DNA of 63,468 nt, the filler included, from Ministeria vibrans ATCC 50519 (taxonomy: Eukaryota > Protista > Filasterea): NCBI GenBank assembly GCA_943704425.1. It is 4 parts of 4 records of this genome, joined end to end, with 100 filler letters (N's around TTAATTAATTAA, not from the genome) between each part and the next. Parts side by side here need not be neighbours in the genome. Positions count along the whole stretch, not along the records: positions 57,585 to 61,637 come from CALSCP010002111.1; positions 61,738 to 63,468 come from CALSCP010002678.1; 2 more parts are not named here. One strand, 5' to 3'. Every line of letters starts with the position of its first letter. Positions within the stretch are counted from its first letter, which is position 1. The notes below the pieces were generated by a model. It was not told where the DNA came from. It did not search any database and was given only the letters and a program-made list of their open reading frames with translations. The position numbers and the translations under genes are program-made. Of this stretch, positions 58,945 through 63,468 are shown one piece after another.

Positions 58945-60373
58945 ATGTTCAAAAGCAAGCGCCGAGACCGTTCGTACCGGGTGAAGAGAGGGCACGACGA
59001 AGTGGACGGGGAGTGCGCAGACGTCGACGGGGACACGGCGACGACGGGCGAGACGGCGGCCGACGACAGCGCAGGCGTCGACGAAAGGTGTGCAGCACCG
59101 AGTGGGGTTGGCGTGCATGGTGTTCACTCTGTCTCTGCGTAGCGATATCCTTGCGAAGGCACGTCTAGCGCAGCGATTCCGCCGGAAAGCGCAAGGTAGG
59201 AGGGAATGCAACACACTCGCGCGCTCCTCACAACGACTCCCTGTCGATCTACGTGGCGTGCCTCGCCTGTTGGTGGTGTAGGCGTGAGCACAGTTGGCCT
59301 TGCCGTGGGCGAGCGGCTCGACGAAGTCACTGAGCTGGTTGCGGAGGATCCATACAAACTCGCGACTGGCGGCCTCGTCGACATGAAGCAGTTGAACGCA
59401 GCACCCCAGAAAAGGTATGTGCGCGCCCCTGTGCCGCACGCGGTGTCTTTGTGGCCGTGTGTACTTACCTTGTCTTCCCTTCCTCTTTGTGCGAGCAGTG
59501 CTGCGGTCATTGGAACGGAGTTCTCACACGAAACCAAGACGGTCGATGATGACAAACACATGTAAGGAGTGCAGAGAGCGCATCCAGTGTGATTTCACTC
59601 GAGACACTGACCAACACGCATACAGGATGCGCTACATTGAAGAGGAGATGGCAAAGCGCAAGGGCAAGTCGGTGGAGGAGAGTACGGCACCCGGCACGGC
59701 CGCGCCAGACGGAGGACTCTTTGAACTGCCCGAGCATCTCAAGGTACGGAACACGACTGGGGAGGGAAATTGCATTGAACACATTGGGTGTGACATGTAG
59801 AAAATGAAAGGGGGGTTGGTGTCGACGGAGGAAACAGTGTCGTCGCAACTGCTCACGAGCATTCCGGAGGTGGATCTAGGCGTTGAGTATGGTCGAAGTC
59901 AAAGTCGAATGCGGATGTGTCAAGCTGATGACTCTCTCTGTCTTGTTTCTTTCTCCTCCCTCTCTCTATTGTTTTCTTTCGCTTCTCTTTATCACTTTGT
60001 TTCTTTCTCCTCCCTCTCTCTATTGTTTTCTTTCGCTTCTCTCTATCACTTTGTTTCTTTCCCCTTCACTTATTTCTTTCACTTTCACTTTTTTGTTTCT
60101 TCTTTCTCTATCACTTTGTTTCTTTCTCCCCCCTCTCTCTCTCTTTCTGTCAGGTCGCGCATGGCAACGGTTGAGCAGACAGAAAAGGCCAAGGCGGCAC
60201 TGGCAGCAGTCATGGCGACGCGACGGGCGGCTGGGGGGCGCGGAGGAAGGGGCTCGGACGATGCAACGTATGCTCGCGCGCGGTTCCATCTGCCGCGCGA
60301 GATGCGCGACAATGTGGGACTGGCAACGGACGCAAAAGCACTCGAGCACTTCCACAAGAAAATCAAGAGATGA
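58945..60373 (+). CDS. C9orf78: Splicing factor C9orf78/Tls1 (Hep_59 domain)
   Basis: GVSTVGLAVGE..EDPYKLATGGLVDM, GTEFSHETKTVDDDKHM|MRYIEEEMAKRKG, LFELPEHLK, SSQLLTSIPEVDLGVE and ATDAKALEHFHK. Confidence 0.9.
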
Positions 60374-60479
60374 CACACACACATATATACAGAACACACA
60401 TACTGTAGAAAAAATAAACAGTTCTTTTGGTACAGATTGAAATGGTTTGGGTTTCACAGCGCAAGAGATATGAGTGAGG

Positions 60480-61392
60480 TTATTTGTTAAAGGATGTGGA
60501 CTGCCTCCCATGGCGCACACGGCCCGGATGCATTCGCTTGAACAGATCGGCTAGTTCATAGTCAGGATAGAGTGTCACCTGCACGAGCAAATTCGATTGA
60601 GTATAGTCTTCTATTATTTCCGTTCTCTCCTCAATCACTGTTCTATTCTCTCAATCACTTTGTTTCTTTCTCCTCACTCTCCCTCTGTCACATTGTTTCT
60701 CTCTCTCTCTCGTTTTCTCTTTCTCTTTTCGTGTATGTGTTGAGGCGTACGAGAAAGTTCTCCAGGACCGAGTAGAAGAGACGTTTGTTGAGTCTACGAT
60801 GCTGGAACATCTCAAAAAGGCGCGTGCCACCTGCTCGACTTGTATCGCTCCCGACAATGCGCTTCAGGTCCTCTGATTGAATGAGAGAAAGAGAAAGACA
60901 CGCAAGTGTGAGTATTCACAGAGTGAGAGAGAGAAGAAAGAAACAAAGTGAGAGAGAGAGAAAGTGAGCAAGAAAGTGATAGAGAAAGAGAGAGAGAGAA
61001 ACAAAGTGATACAAAAAGAGATAGGAAGAGCGGGTATACCATTAATGACACCCAACAGTTTGGTCTTTGCCTCGAGCTTTGTGTGGAGTTTCTGTTCGGC
61101 TGTGCGAGGAGGATCGTCCTCGGCAATGACACCCCCGGGCCACCACGAGTCAAGGAACAGCTTACAGTACGCTAAGAGAGACATGCCCAATCAGAGCCAT
61201 GTCAGAGTTGCACACGCAGCACACACTTATTCCCTCTGCTTACTTGCAAGTGTCTCCGAGGATGTGTATGAGTCAACATACTCGACAATCTTGCGGTTGA
61301 TAGTGTCGCCAAAGGTCTGTGAAATAATCTGCTTGAGCAGCGCCATAACTCGCCGGCGCAACCACTTGTTGCGATAGCGCAGCTCAAAAATC
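60480..61392 (-). CDS. SNX13: Sorting nexin 13-like (PXA-RGS-PX-PXC family), C-terminal Nexin_C exons
   Basis: IFELRYRNKWLRRR..QTFGDTINRKIVEYVD, DSWWPGG, AKTKLL and EDLKRIVGSD...RLFEMFQHRRLNKRLFY. The upstream part lies beyond the gap. Confidence 0.85.
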
Positions 61393-61528
61393 TACACAGA
61401 CGCCGCAAAAAAGTTAAAGAGAAACACCACAAGACCAAAATAATAAGAAAATAAATAGAAAATCAAGAGCTGTACTCAATGTCAAAACGAGACAATAATA
61501 ATATAGTAATAATAATAATAATAATAAT

Positions 61529-61637
<109 letters not shown>

Positions 61638-61737
61638 NNNNNNNNNNNNNNNNNNNNNNNNNNNNNNNNNNNNNNNNNNNNTTAATTAATTAANNNNNNN
61701 NNNNNNNNNNNNNNNNNNNNNNNNNNNNNNNNNNNNN

Positions 61738-61777
<40 letters not shown>

Positions 61778-61826
61778 AGAAGAGAAAAAAACAAACAGAA
61801 AGAAGAGAAAAAAACAAGAGACTTAC

Positions 61827-61979
61827 GACATGCCGGGGGTTCTTTGGGGGTTCTTCCACTGACGAAGGACCCGCTTCGTCGGGGTTGGATGGCGGAGGGG
61901 CATCGGCATTGCGAAAGGGGCGCAGGCCAAGGGACGCCAGGCCAATGTTGACGGCGAGCGAATTGAGGACGGACGGCAT
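61827..61979 (-). CDS. Probable first exon of a gene continuing into the gap (identity unknown)
   Basis: ATG at 61979, MPSVLNSLAVNIGLASLGLRPF...PKNPRHV, then a GTAAGT donor and a polypyrimidine intron. Confidence 0.4.
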
Positions 61980-62187
61980 GGCGTGTCAGCGTGTACTGCG
62001 CAGCCCTTGGTCCGGAGGCAGCACCTGCCTTTGGACTCTTTGCTTGACCCGACTGGTCAACGATCAATACAAAAAAGAATTGCCTTGAGAGTGAGTGAGT
62101 CAGAGAGACAGTCCAAGAGACTGAACAAGAGACTGAACTTGTCGCGATTCACGAAAAGAAAACAAAATTAATATTTTTTATTTCACC

Positions 62188-63468
62188 ATGTCTCGTCATA
62201 GAATACATGTAAAGGGCTTGCCGGAGAGCATTTCCAAGGCGGACATGCTGCAGCGGTTCAAGCCATTTGGCGTGATCAAGGAATCCATCGATATGGTGAA
62301 TCGTACGCATTTGCCTTGTGCTGCACCCTGCACTCTCGCGCATCTCATTGTCCTGCTTGTTGCGACGTTTAGGGGGCGCGGGACATATCTTTGCCTTTGC
62401 CGATCTTGTTTGCTCGGATGAAACCTTCAAGAAGTGTACTGCAAAACCAACCACGAGGCTAACAACGTTTCGACCAACCACTCGCGCCCTCTTCCCCTTT
62501 GCAGGCATTGTTGCGTATGGCAAGGCCAAGTGGCGTGGTGCCACTGTGACCGTGCAGTCGGCGAAGCCCCGCTTGGCGGACAGGATCAAGGAGGAGCGTG
62601 ATGCGGCAGTCATTGCGCAGATTGTGGCCGACGAGAAGGCCAAGGCGCAGGCGCAGGCAGCTGCGGCTGCCCGTGCCGCTGCCGAAGCCAAGCTGAAGCC
62701 GGCAACAGACGAGTCGTTGAAACACAAGGAGGTGTGTTCGTGTCTGGAGATGTTGGGGTGAGCAGAGCAGACTCACTCACTGTACCTCTTTTGCTTTCGT
62801 GTGTGCAGGGCTGGAAAATGCTTGGCGACAGACCTGTAGCCGTGCTGAACATTCGCAAAAACTACCTCTCCAAGGTTCGCATGCCTATATATATATATGT
62901 GTGTGTGTGTGTATTTATGCTACCATGTATCTATGTATTGTGTTTGAGTGTGGTTTGATTTTGATTTTGTGTTGTTTGTCTACTTTAGCTGGTCGTGGTT
63001 GATCCGTCGTTGAAAACATCACGCATTCGCAAGTTTGCTGACGATAGTTCGGATGACGAGGAGCGCCAACCCGTGAAAAAACGCCGTCGTATCGTCCCCG
63101 TGGTCGAGACTGACTCAAGCAGCAGCGACGAAGACATGGAGGAAGAGAAGAGGCCAATGGAGCGCGGTAGCAATGACAGTGACAAGAGCAGTGACAAGAG
63201 CAGCGACAAGAATAGTGACAAGGGTAGTGACAAGAGCAGTGACAAGAGCAGTGACAGTGATGACAGTGACGAGAGCAGCGACGAGAGCAGCGACGAGAGC
63301 AGCGACGAGAGAAAGGTGACATCGAGCAGCAGCGATTCGAGCGACGATGAGCCAGAGGCGAAGAAGGAGCTCAAGGAAAGTGGCGACGATGCGAGTGACA
63401 GACAAGCGCCGATGGACGTGAGTGGTGCAGAAAGTGACTCGAGCAGCAGTGGGGATGAGGACGACGAG
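62188..63468 (+). CDS. NOL8: Nucleolar protein 8-like RRM protein (partial, runs off the window)
   Basis: RIHVKGLPESISKADMLQRFKPFG, FAFADL..FKKC|..KAKWRGATVTVQSAKPRLADRIKEER and GW..GDRPVAVLNIR..VVVDPS, followed by an acidic Ser/Asp/Lys repeat. Confidence 0.8.

Overview
Compact, intron-rich eukaryotic nuclear DNA with short GT-AG introns, microsatellite-filled introns and GC-rich exons. It is a draft assembly with N gaps padded by a TTAATTAATTAA spacer. The gene set (Ral GTPase, Churchill, DIP2, INTS6, AP1AR/Gadkin-like, ZUP1, SNX13, plus ciliary IQCB1 and TEDC1-like genes) suggests a flagellated unicellular holozoan, an animal relative; this is inference. About 27 protein-coding genes or gene fragments can be read, many in tight head-to-head pairs. 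No rRNA, tRNA, CRISPR array or intact transposon was found. Family calls come from recalled motif similarity, not database searches, and gene spans are manual splice reconstructions. The most unusual items are: an intronless gene built from a duplicated unassigned double-zinc-finger module; a secreted tandem two-unit berberine-bridge-like flavoprotein; a Gadkin-like gene; a BTB domain split by a ~250-aa insertion; a stand-alone MLKL-NTD-like helical protein; and a dispersed intron-restricted TCACTTTGTTTCTTTCTC minisatellite family. Two places appear to have lost sequence in assembly.
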